From an uncultured bacterium (GTDB taxonomy: Bacteria > Acidobacteriota > Thermoanaerobaculia > Multivoradales > JAHZIX01), in NCBI GenBank assembly GCA_965368975.1, contig CBDUPA010000008.1, positions 96,001 to 160,000 of the forward strand: a stretch of DNA of 64,000 nucleotides. Reading direction: 5' to 3'. Position numbers and translations under genes: made by a program. Below are positions 30,441 through 39,290 of this stretch, piece after piece. The notes under the pieces are model-generated. The model was not told the DNA's origin and did no database searches. It worked only from the letters and a program-made list of their open reading frames with translations. How positions within the stretch are numbered: position 1 is the first letter of the stretch; each line of letters starts with the position of its first letter.

Positions 30441-32459
30441 ATGGCACGCATTCATCTTCTGCCCGATCACCTGATCAGCCAGATCGCTGCCGGTGAGGTC
30501 GTCGAACGCCCTGCCTCGGTGGTCAAGGAACTGGTCGAGAACGCCCTCGACGCCGGGGCCACTGAGATTCAAGTCGACCTGGAAAGCGGCGGCAAGCGGC
30601 GCATTGTGGTGCGCGACAATGGCGGCGGTCTGGGCGCCGACGACACGTTGCTCGCCTTCGACCGCCACGCGACCAGCAAGATCAGCAGCTTCGACGACCT
30701 CGAACGGGTTGGCACGCTGGGCTTCCGTGGCGAGGCGTTGGCGTCGATCGCGGCGGTGGCGCGCGTCGAGTTGCAGAGTGCCGAGCAGCCGGGGGATGGC
30801 CACCGTGTGCGCATCGAAGGCGGCCGGGTCAAGACCGTGGAGCCGTCGGCGCATCCGCGCGGCACGACGCTGGAAGTGGCGTCGTTGTTCTTCAATGTGC
30901 CGGCGCGGCGCAAGTTTCTCAAGACCCCGGCGACCGAGCAGCGACGCTGCGTCGAGGTCGTCCAGGGCTACGCACTGGCGCGCCCGGACGTGCGTTTCAC
31001 CGTACGCAGCGAGGGACGTGCGCTGCTCGAAGCTCTGCCGGTGCCCGCAGGTAGCGAAGGGGCGCGTCAGCGGATCGGCCAGATTTTCGGCAGCGCCCTG
31101 ATGCGCGAGCTGGCGCCCGTCCCCGAGTCGGCGGTGACCAGGAGTGATGCAGACGGGGGTGAGTTGCCGCGCATCCACGGCTTCGTCGGCTCGCCGGAGA
31201 CGACGCAGGGACGTCGACTCTTTGTCTTCGTCAACCGGCGGCTGCTGCGCGACCGTGCTGTTCTCGCCACCTTCTACCGTGCCGTTCGCGAGACCTGGCG
31301 TAAGGACGATTACCCGGCGTTGTTCCTCTTTCTGGACCTGCCGCCCGAGGACGTCGACGTCAACGTACATCCGCAAAAGGCGGAGGTACGTTTCCGGAAC
31401 CCGGGCTTGCTGGACGAGGTGCTGGAGCGGCTGCGGCAAGCTCTGGAGCAGGCGATGGGTGAGGTCGAGGCACCGCTGCGCGAGCCGACAGGTGCACCCT
31501 TGGGCCCGCTGGCTTGGCAGGGCCTCGGCGCGGCCCAGCCTGTTGCGGCCCAGCCTGTTGCGGCCCAGCCTGAAGATAGTGATTTTGCCTATGCCACGGG
31601 TACTGTCCCTGCTTCGAACGTCGCTGATGCGGGCGACCGGGAGAACCTCAGCGCGCCTTTCGGCTCGGGCTACGGCGCGCTGCGCGGTCGCGGTCGGCAG
31701 GATGGGCCGGGCACCGCGGATCTGCCCGCTGTATGGCGGGACGGTGCCGGCACTGGCGATTCTGGTGGAGCTGCGAGCGGCGGGCGCGTCGCGACGCCAT
31801 CGCTGGCCCCGACGCAGCGACCCGTGGTACCCCTCTCTGGCCGCTCCGGCGAAGCGCGCCCATTCCGGCTGCTCGGTCAGTACAAGGGGACTCTGATCCT
31901 GCTCGAAGGCCCGGACGGTCTCTACCTGATCGACCAGCACGTGGCGCACGAACGACTGCTCTACGAGCGCCTCCGTCGCGAGATGCTGCGCGAGTCGACG
32001 CCCAGCCAGCGGTTGGTGACGCCGATGCTGCTGGAGCTGGCGCCGGCCGAGCACCTGCGCCTAGCCGAGCTGGCACCGCGGCTGCACGAGTGTGGCTTCG
32101 CGCTCGAACCGCTGTCCGGCAACACGCTGGGCCTGCAGGGGATCCCGGCGGTGCTGTCGCAGGACGATGCCGAGCGTCTTTTGCTCAAGCTGGCGGCGAC
32201 CGAGAGTGGTAACGCCGGAGATGGCGAGGGGGGCGAGGATTCGGTGGCTGCGTTGCGGCTGCACATTCTTGACGCTCTGGCGGCCAGCCTGTCGTGCCGT
32301 AATGCGGTCAAGATGCACCATCCGCTGCGCGCGCAGGAGATGGAAGTCCTGGTAGCGGAACTCTTCGCTGCCGAAAACCCCTTTGCCTGCCCGCACGGAC
32401 GCCCGATCGTCCTGCAGATGACCGACAGCGACCTGGAGCGCCGCTTTGGGCGACGGTAG
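30441..32459 (+). CDS. mutL: DNA mismatch repair endonuclease MutL
   Basis: IAAGEVVERPASVVKELVEN, GFRGEAL, DVNVHPQK, DQHVAHER, SCR, CPHGRP. Confidence 0.97.
   Translation: MARIHLLPDHLISQIAAGEVVERPASVVKELVENALDAGATEIQVDLESGGKRRIVVRDNGGGLGADDTLLAFDRHATSKISSFDDLERVGTLGFRGEALASIAAVARVELQSAEQPGDGHRVRIEGGRVKTVEPSAHPRGTTLEVASLFFNVPARRKFLKTPATEQRRCVEVVQGYALARPDVRFTVRSEGRALLEALPVPAGSEGARQRIGQIFGSALMRELAPVPESAVTRSDADGGELPRIHGFVGSPETTQGRRLFVFVNRRLLRDRAVLATFYRAVRETWRKDDYPALFLFLDLPPEDVDVNVHPQKAEVRFRNPGLLDEVLERLRQALEQAMGEVEAPLREPTGAPLGPLAWQGLGAAQPVAAQPVAAQPEDSDFAYATGTVPASNVADAGDRENLSAPFGSGYGALRGRGRQDGPGTADLPAVWRDGAGTGDSGGAASGGRVATPSLAPTQRPVVPLSGRSGEARPFRLLGQYKGTLILLEGPDGLYLIDQHVAHERLLYERLRREMLRESTPSQRLVTPMLLELAPAEHLRLAELAPRLHECGFALEPLSGNTLGLQGIPAVLSQDDAERLLLKLAATESGNAGDGEGGEDSVAALRLHILDALAASLSCRNAVKMHHPLRAQEMEVLVAELFAAENPFACPHGRPIVLQMTDSDLERRFGRR
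31530..31572 (+). repeat. In-frame 15-bp tandem repeat in mutL linker (AAQPV x about 3)
   Basis: GCGGCCCAGCCTGTT x2 plus GCGGCCCAGCCTG. Confidence 0.9.
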
Positions 32460-32514
32460 CGCCCCTGTACGCGGTACCCAGTCTGTGCGTAGGACCCTGG
32501 ATCGGGGGAACTAC

Positions 32515-33474
32515 GTGCATCGAGACTTGGGGTCGCTCGGTACCGAGTCGTGGGGCGCTGAGACGGTTGGCTTCGAGGTTGCGGGGATCCCGTTCCGCCT
32601 GCGTGGTCTGAACGCCTTTCAGGCCGGCTGGTTGCGACAGTGCTACCCGGAGGTGGACGCGGCGAGCGATGCCGTTGAGATCTGGTGTCGACGGGCCTCG
32701 CCGGATCTGTTCGCCAGTGACTTCGAGCCGGGGCATGCCTTCGATCTGGAGCTGACGCCGACGACCGGAGCGCTGTGGCTCGATGGGCCGCGCTTCCGAG
32801 CGTGCCTGCCGATCGTTGCCGCGACCAGCGCCGAGGACGAGATCGGGCGGCCGGAGTTGTGGACTCCCGAAGGGGAAGGGGCGTGGCTGGAGGGGGTCTT
32901 CGCCAACCTGCTGCGCGTCGGTCTGGCGGTGACCGCGGTACCGCGAGGTGCCGTCCTGCTGCACAGCACGGGCTTCTTGCTCGAGGAGCCCGGCTCGTCG
33001 GGTGTCGGAAAGAGCCGCGCCATCCTCGGCTTCGGTCCCTCGGGTACCGGCAAGTCGACGCTGGGGCGTCACGCACTGGCCGCTGGTGTGCGCGTGCTCA
33101 GCGACGATCTCAACCTGATCCATGCTGGTGGGCAAGGGTATCGAGCGGGGTATCGAGCCCATGCGGTGCCGTACGCCGGTGAGTTGGGAAGCGAGCAGGG
33201 CTACGAGTTCGCCGCCGGTGGCTGGCCGCTGGCGGCCGTGGTGCGCTTGCGTCAAGGGTCCGAGGTTCACTTGCGCCGGCTGCCATCGCGTGCCGCGGCA
33301 CTGGCCAACCTGTTAGCTTCGGCCCCCTTCGTCAATGTCGACGAGCAGTTACGCCCGCGGCTCGAAGACAACTTGGAACGGCTGCTGGCGTCCACGCCGG
33401 CACTTGAGCTGACGCTGCCGCGCGACGCAGACTTCCAGTACATCCGCCGCTGCCTGATGCAGGAGCTGGCCTGA
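32515..33474 (+). CDS. HPr kinase-related P-loop protein (ScmC-like)
   Basis: LLHSTG, Walker A GPSGTGKST, VLSDD: the HprK-type H..GxSGxGKS..DD pattern. GTG 32515 follows GGGGGA (start tentative). Confidence 0.72.
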   Translation: MHRDLGSLGTESWGAETVGFEVAGIPFRLRGLNAFQAGWLRQCYPEVDAASDAVEIWCRRASPDLFASDFEPGHAFDLELTPTTGALWLDGPRFRACLPIVAATSAEDEIGRPELWTPEGEGAWLEGVFANLLRVGLAVTAVPRGAVLLHSTGFLLEEPGSSGVGKSRAILGFGPSGTGKSTLGRHALAAGVRVLSDDLNLIHAGGQGYRAGYRAHAVPYAGELGSEQGYEFAAGGWPLAAVVRLRQGSEVHLRRLPSRAAALANLLASAPFVNVDEQLRPRLEDNLERLLASTPALELTLPRDADFQYIRRCLMQELA

Positions 33475-33764
33475 TGCAGGAGCAGGTACCCATGATCGAT
33501 CTACAGAGAGCCTACCGCCGTGCTGCCGATGTGCGGCAGCGGACCATCGATACCGAGGCCGTCGTGGTGCGTCAGCAAGCCGCCGAAGTGGTGGTACTGA
33601 ACGAAGTCGGTGGTCGCATTCTGGAGCTGCTGGATGGCCAGCGGACGCTGGCCGAAGTGGTCGACGTGCTGGTGGTGGAGTTCGAGGTCGAGCGGGCGGT
33701 GCTGGAAGCAGACGCGGTGGCGTTCGTGGGGGAGGTCGTGGAGGCGGGAGTGGTTGAGGAGTAG
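33474..33764 (+). CDS. PqqD-family protein / stand-alone RiPP recognition element
   Basis: LNEVGGRILELLDGQRTLAEVVDVLVVEFEV...ADAVAFVGEV; overlaps the upstream stop (TGATG). Confidence 0.9.
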   Translation: MQEQVPMIDLQRAYRRAADVRQRTIDTEAVVVRQQAAEVVVLNEVGGRILELLDGQRTLAEVVDVLVVEFEVERAVLEADAVAFVGEVVEAGVVEE

Positions 33765-33768
33765 GGGC

Positions 33769-34872
33769 CTACCGCACCACGGGTAGCAAGGCCCGCTTCG
33801 GCTCCTCGGCCTCGATTGCCTTGAGCGCTGCCACCTGCTCGCGTGCCGAGTCGTAGACGCTCAACGGATCGCCGCTGTGGACGTCGGCGAGGCCGGGGCA
33901 GAAGTCCATCAGGTGGCCGTCGCCGCCCTCGGCGTCGACCATCTTCTTGGCCTCGGCGGTGATCTGGCGTACACGGCGTAGCTCCATCGACTGACGCCAG
34001 ATCTCGCCGATGGACGTCTCGTGCAGGTTGCCCACAGGTCGGCGCCACTGCACGCAGGGTAGGACGTTGCCGTACGGGTCGATGGTGACTCCCGACGAGC
34101 CGGCGCCGCAGTTCTTGTCGACATCCAGGCGCGGGGCTGCCTCGTCCGCTGGGTGTCCGACTTCGACGTTGCCGCCCTCGCTCTGGTTGGCGCCGCGCCG
34201 GCTGAGCACGCGGAACAGCTCGAGCTTGGCCTGGGTGTCCGTGGCGATCGACAGCGGTTCCTTGTCGCCGTCGTCGCGCGGAGACACCGTCGGATTGATG
34301 CCCATGTTGACGCCCAACTCGTCGGCGATCTCCAGCATGCCGGCGACCTCGTCCTGATTCCACCGTGTCATGGTGCAGTTCAGCTTGAGGCGCAGCCCCA
34401 GACTCTTCAGCTCACGCAGGTTGTTCAGCAGGCGGTCGAAGGAGCCGGTGACGCGAGTCTGGCGGTCGTGCGTCTCGGCGCTGGCACCGTGCAGGGAGAT
34501 GTCGACCACGAACGGATCGACTTCGTCTCGCAGGCGGCGGGCGAGGGGGCCGCGCAGCGCGTGACCGTTCGTCTTGATGCGCACCACGAAGCCGCGTTCG
34601 CGGGCGTGCGCGCCGATGCGGAAGAAGTCGGGGTGAGCCAGTGGCTCGCCGCCCGACAGGATCAGGTTCATGGCCTGCATGTCGGCCAGCTCATCGAGCA
34701 AGTCCAGGTACTGCTCGGTCGACAGCGGCTTGCCTTCTAGGCCAAGGTCGTTGTAGCAGAAGTAGCAGTCCAGATTGCACTTGTAGGTGAGTTCAAGGAG
34801 CACCGCGAACAGGGTGTTCTGGCGCCAGGTCTTGAAAATGATGTCCTTGAAAGTGCGCGGCGGAGCGGTCAT
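33769..34872 (-). CDS. Radical SAM enzyme with SPASM/Twitch-type C-terminus
   Basis: CNLDCYFC, SGGEP, KTNG, CGAG...IDPYGNVLPC...GNL, later FCPG. ATG 34872 preferred to GTG 34902. Confidence 0.92.
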   Translation of the reverse strand: MTAPPRTFKDIIFKTWRQNTLFAVLLELTYKCNLDCYFCYNDLGLEGKPLSTEQYLDLLDELADMQAMNLILSGGEPLAHPDFFRIGAHARERGFVVRIKTNGHALRGPLARRLRDEVDPFVVDISLHGASAETHDRQTRVTGSFDRLLNNLRELKSLGLRLKLNCTMTRWNQDEVAGMLEIADELGVNMGINPTVSPRDDGDKEPLSIATDTQAKLELFRVLSRRGANQSEGGNVEVGHPADEAAPRLDVDKNCGAGSSGVTIDPYGNVLPCVQWRRPVGNLHETSIGEIWRQSMELRRVRQITAEAKKMVDAEGGDGHLMDFCPGLADVHSGDPLSVYDSAREQVAALKAIEAEEPKRALLPVVR

Positions 34873-35128
34873 CTCTTCGCCTAGGAACTCGGGTTGGAGC
34901 ACAGGACCAAGTCCGGCTTGCCTGGCGGCTGGGGGACGCAGGCGGCGGCGATGGCCTCCAGCGGTTCGCGGAAGAGAATGCGGGGTGCCTGGTAACGGCG
35001 CCGGCTGGTATCCCCGGCGTTCTGCTGCTGATCAGATCGTCGAATCGACATGGCAAGTAGAGTCCTCAGCTGTTTCGTTCAAGTCATGGCAAGTCATCAT
35101 CAAATCGGAGCTCTTGTCGGTCGGGTTC

Positions 35129-38100
35129 TCACGGCCACAGAAGGGCCGGGTCTCCCAACAGACCGTAGATGCTGCGCGTCGGCGACGCGGCATCGCCGGT
35201 GGCATGTCGGCGCCAGCCCTCGGTCAGGCGGTCGCCCAGGCGCGGTGCCGGCACTGGGGTGCCGTCGCCGGTCAGGACCGGTTCCTCGAACAGCGCGTCG
35301 AAGACCTGACCCCCGAGCGCCACGGCCGGCGTGTTGAAGGACAGGCCGGTCGGGCCCCAAACTGCGATTGCGCCGCCGGTCGGCAACAGCACCAGTTCCT
35401 CACCCAGGGCGGTAAAGCCGGGGAAAGCGAACATACCGATGTTGCAGGTCATGGCGGTGACCAGGGGCGGTCGCTCGGCACGAGCCAGCGATGGCACGTC
35501 GGAGCTGGTCAGCAGGCCGTAACCCGACAGACGGTCGAAGCCTCCGTGACCGACATAGCCCAGCAGTCGGGCGCCATCGGCTAGTTCTTGCAGCAGCTGG
35601 GCGCGCACGGCATTGGCGTTCGACGTCGTCGGCGTTGCCAGGCGTAGGTTCGTGCCGGTGTCCGGCAAGCGGGCCGCCAAGGCGTCCGCGTCGGTGGTGA
35701 AATCACCGCCGCCGTCCGGCACATCGCTGAGGATCAGCGAGCGGTCCAGCCAGGGGGTATCGCTCGCTTGGTCCGCGACACGCTGTTCGTAGTCGGCGAT
35801 CTTGTCTACCAGTGCCTGCAGTTCAGCGTTGTCGACCACCGGCAGGCGACCGAGGGCCAGATTCGGTATGCCGTCACCGTCGATGTCGCCGAGCAGGCTG
35901 TCAGCGGCCGCCAGGCTGGTGCCGAAGGGGCTATTGATCCCCGGGCCTGCCGCCATGAACGGCGGGATGAGGTTGCCGCCAAGCTGCAGGAGGTCGCGGT
36001 AGTCGTAGCTACCCTTGCCAGCCAGGACAGCATAGCGCGGCGCGGCTTGCCAGGTCTCGTAGGCAACTTGGAAGAAGGTCCGCAAGGCCTGTGGCTGACG
36101 GCGGCCGTGGCCGAACGCGTCGTAGATCGCTTGCGGCTCGATCACCAGTGTGCTCAGGCCGCCAGCACGACGCAGTTCGGCCAGGGCCTGGGCAGCGTCG
36201 TGCAGCATCGCGGGCGCGATCACGACGTAGTCCGCGACTGTCGAGGTGTCCAGCAAGGCCGCGGCTGCTTCGTGCCGCGGGCGCAGCGCAACCGCTTGCC
36301 GCTCGCTGGTCACCAGGTAGGACACGTCCGCACCAGAAGGCCGGAAGCTGACGTTCCAGGTGCCGGTGCCGTCGGCTTCGACGGTCAGGGCCTGCAGGCG
36401 CCGCGGTGTTGTTGGTGAACTCAGTTCCCACACTGCGATGTTGGCGCTCGGCAAGCCTTCGACGGTGACCACCGCTCGCTCCCCAGCGGTCAGGTGCAGG
36501 GTGCCGGTCGAGGCGCGGAAGGCGCGGTCGTAATGCAGGTCAAAGCCATCGATCAGGAAATTGCCGACGAGGCCTTCGACGACGAGGCGGTTGGCGTCGT
36601 TGCGCAGCGCGCCGCGTCCGAACTCGACGTCGAGCGTCGCGGCTCCGAGGTCATTCCAGGCGACGGTGCCGAGGTCGATTCCGTTGAGCCAGATCCTGGC
36701 CTGGTGGTCGGGGCTTTGGGGAGTGTCGCTCAGGCCCCAGAAGCGCAGACTCAGGCGGTTGTCGGTCGACAGGCGGGCCTCGCCGTCCGGGGCCAGGCTG
36801 AAGTCCAGGCGGCGGTTGCCGAAGCTGGGGTGCCCGCTCAGCACACCGTCCCAGAACCAGTAGTCGGCGCTCGGATCGTTGGTGACCAGGGGGCGTCCCA
36901 GGACTTCCTGCTCGAAGCTCTGGCTGGCACGGAAGGTACCGCCCGGCGTGGCCGTCGGGCCGCCGGTCAGCTCGCCACGGACGGTCTTGACGCGTGCCGC
37001 CGTGTGCGGTCCATCGGCGACGCTCAGGCGATAGACGTCGAAGCGACTGTAGGTGCGGGCGGCTTCCGGCAGCGCTGATGCGTAGAATTCGATCGCCGAG
37101 CCGTCGTCGGTCAGGCGCCAAGCGATCGGTTCGCCATCGCGGCTGAGCTGCCAGCGGCCGCCGTTGGCCAGCGCCTGGGCCAGTGCTGGACGCAAGCCGG
37201 TCGCTGCCGCCAGATCCGTCACGCTGACGCGTACCAGGCCGCCTTCGAGAGGTTGCCCGGCCTCGGTCAGACGCTCGATGTCGAGAAAGGCGACGGCCTG
37301 TGCGAAGTTGGGGCTGGCCTTGCCGAAGCCCTGGCTGGCGGAGCGAACCGGCAGCAGGCTCTGTGCCACGTCGGCGCTGCTGGTTCGCGTGCGCTGCTGG
37401 CGCAGGCTGTCAGCCAGACGGTGCTGTTGGCGCGTCGATGGGGCGATCGGCTGACCACTGAAAGCGCCCCGTGGGGCGTCGCTCTCGGCGCGCAGGCCAC
37501 CAGCCTCGACACTGACCCGCTCGACGCTGACCCGGAAGTCACGCTGCGGTCCGCGCAGGCCGCTCATCTCGACCTCGGTGATGCGGTATTGCAGCTCGTC
37601 GGTATCCGTGGGAGCGCCGGCATCGACGAAGCGGTAGTTACCGCCAGGTAGGTGCTGCGTCGCCGGCAGCACGCCGCGATGCAGGGCGATGTACTCACCG
37701 CGCTCGGCATCCCAGCGCTGTAGCTCGAAACCCAACGAATCGGCCTCGGAGGCGGTCTGCCAGCGCACCTCGACACCGCCCTTGGCCCGCCGCTGCGCCT
37801 GCAAATCGGCGATAGTCGCGTGGGTGGCGCTGACCGTGATGCTGCAGTTGGTGGTCAACGCCGACTGGGTCACCGAGGGGCTGAAGGTCGAGACGTTTGA
37901 CCACTCGGATGTGGTGGTCAGCGTGATGGTGCCGTCCGGCGCCGTGTTGCTGACCGTGTAGTCGAAGCTGACGCTTGCCGTCTCACCCTGTCCGATGATG
38001 CCCGCGGTGGCCTCAGGCTGACTGGCCGGTGTCCACACCAGGGGGCCCGTGCCACTGGTGGAGCCCGTGCCGGCCGTGATGTTGCCGAACGAACCACCAG

Positions 38101-39055
38101 CACTACCATCGGCGGTGGAGAAGCGGAGGTAGCTGGCGGCAGCGCACTGGAAGCGCTCGGCAGTGAGTGGGTCCGGCGTACAAGTGCGGCTATTGTTGTA
38201 GGTGACGCTGCAGCTCACCGGGAACCCCGGCCGTACCGTCGTCGGGGCCGTGCAACTGCACGACAGGCTCAGCTCGGGCGCCGGCACATTGGTGTTGACG
38301 TCCTCGCAGCGGCACTTGGACTTGGTGCCGGGGATCGCTTCGAGATCTGAGTTGCACTGTCCGGCCGGGGCGACGGTAGACACTTGGTTGTTCTGGTTGC
38401 CCCAGGTGGCACACACCGGGATGTTGACGAAACCATCCGGTGTGACGATCGGTTCCTCGCGGCACGGGAACGTCACCGGTGCGTTGAGCACCACCTGTGC
38501 CGGGTCGCGCAAGCCGTCCATGTCGAGGTCACAGCCGCCTATCGTTCCTTGGTTGATCAGGTCGCCGCAGCCGTCGCCTTCGTCATTGTAGTAAGGGCCG
38601 TCTCCACCGCCGAGATTGAGTGGTGGGCAAGCTGTCGTACCCACGGTGCCGAGCGGAGACAGAATCTCGCGAGCACAGGTCCCGGTCAGACCGCCGTCAC
38701 CATTGGGATCACCGTCCTTGGCGAAATACAACCCTACGTCATACCGAGTCTTGGCCGTCGTGTTGGTGACGTCGGTGCGCAGGAAGATGGTGATCGTATC
38801 GCTGGCGTTGACGCAGCCATCATCCTGTACGCCGAGACCGACCACCACGAAGGTGAGGTCATTCGCGGTGCAATTGTTGCTCAAGCCGCTGACGTCGTTG
38901 ACGCAACTGGCAGTCGGTACTGCCGGATCGATCAGAGCTGCTAGTGGCGATGCGCAGACGAGTGCCACAATGCTGAGTGTGGCGGCGAGAGTCGCGCAGA
39001 GCTGTCTATGGGCGTAGAGGCTGCTGGATACACTTCGGGCAGTGAGATGGTGCAT
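35129..39055 (-). CDS. Large secreted protein: Cys-rich N-terminus, Ig-like region, C25 (gingipain-type) peptidase domain
   Basis: Signal peptide; 18 Cys in about aa 50-410; VRWQTASEADSLGF Ig-like motif; DYVVIAP, IYDAF, LGRLP, YVGHGG (His), MTCNIG (Cys), YGLLGDPAL. Confidence 0.85.
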   Translation of the reverse strand: MHHLTARSVSSSLYAHRQLCATLAATLSIVALVCASPLAALIDPAVPTASCVNDVSGLSNNCTANDLTFVVVGLGVQDDGCVNASDTITIFLRTDVTNTTAKTRYDVGLYFAKDGDPNGDGGLTGTCAREILSPLGTVGTTACPPLNLGGGDGPYYNDEGDGCGDLINQGTIGGCDLDMDGLRDPAQVVLNAPVTFPCREEPIVTPDGFVNIPVCATWGNQNNQVSTVAPAGQCNSDLEAIPGTKSKCRCEDVNTNVPAPELSLSCSCTAPTTVRPGFPVSCSVTYNNSRTCTPDPLTAERFQCAAASYLRFSTADGSAGGSFGNITAGTGSTSGTGPLVWTPASQPEATAGIIGQGETASVSFDYTVSNTAPDGTITLTTTSEWSNVSTFSPSVTQSALTTNCSITVSATHATIADLQAQRRAKGGVEVRWQTASEADSLGFELQRWDAERGEYIALHRGVLPATQHLPGGNYRFVDAGAPTDTDELQYRITEVEMSGLRGPQRDFRVSVERVSVEAGGLRAESDAPRGAFSGQPIAPSTRQQHRLADSLRQQRTRTSSADVAQSLLPVRSASQGFGKASPNFAQAVAFLDIERLTEAGQPLEGGLVRVSVTDLAAATGLRPALAQALANGGRWQLSRDGEPIAWRLTDDGSAIEFYASALPEAARTYSRFDVYRLSVADGPHTAARVKTVRGELTGGPTATPGGTFRASQSFEQEVLGRPLVTNDPSADYWFWDGVLSGHPSFGNRRLDFSLAPDGEARLSTDNRLSLRFWGLSDTPQSPDHQARIWLNGIDLGTVAWNDLGAATLDVEFGRGALRNDANRLVVEGLVGNFLIDGFDLHYDRAFRASTGTLHLTAGERAVVTVEGLPSANIAVWELSSPTTPRRLQALTVEADGTGTWNVSFRPSGADVSYLVTSERQAVALRPRHEAAAALLDTSTVADYVVIAPAMLHDAAQALAELRRAGGLSTLVIEPQAIYDAFGHGRRQPQALRTFFQVAYETWQAAPRYAVLAGKGSYDYRDLLQLGGNLIPPFMAAGPGINSPFGTSLAAADSLLGDIDGDGIPNLALGRLPVVDNAELQALVDKIADYEQRVADQASDTPWLDRSLILSDVPDGGGDFTTDADALAARLPDTGTNLRLATPTTSNANAVRAQLLQELADGARLLGYVGHGGFDRLSGYGLLTSSDVPSLARAERPPLVTAMTCNIGMFAFPGFTALGEELVLLPTGGAIAVWGPTGLSFNTPAVALGGQVFDALFEEPVLTGDGTPVPAPRLGDRLTEGWRRHATGDAASPTRSIYGLLGDPALLWP

Positions 39056-39129
39056 GAGTACCTCGGAAAACCTGCTTAGTGAAGCTAGAAGATCTGCTTA
39101 GCGAAGCGCTAATATAGATCGCATTAAAT

Positions 39130-39185
39130 ATGTATCGAGCGGTACTCGTTCAAGTACGCTCAATACATGATCGATTAGTATAACA
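39130..39185 (-). promoter_or_regulatory. Extended -10 promoter and 5' hairpin upstream of the C25 gene
   Basis: Minus-strand TGT-TATACT (39185-77); imperfect inverted repeat 39130-46/39153-68 immediately downstream; AT-rich. Confidence 0.5.
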
Positions 39186-39290
39186 CGGCTACCTTCTTTC
39201 GCCATGACGCCCCCTTTTTGCCGCACCGAGCCGTAGATGCACGCCGAGATGGATCGCGGCTATGGGGAGTTCTCAGTGTAGGATCGAGCA

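Noticed and set aside
33474-34872. PQQ biosynthesis (pqqD/pqqE)
   Set aside because: No pqqA, pqqB or pqqC in the window; the genes are convergent; the rSAM lacks the full SPASM Cys set. The PQQ-like propeller genes are a fold annotation, not evidence for PQQ.
34793-35056. 87-aa minus-strand ORF as rSAM precursor
   Set aside because: Overlaps the rSAM start in another frame, Arg/Pro/Ser-rich like non-coding GC DNA, no RBS.
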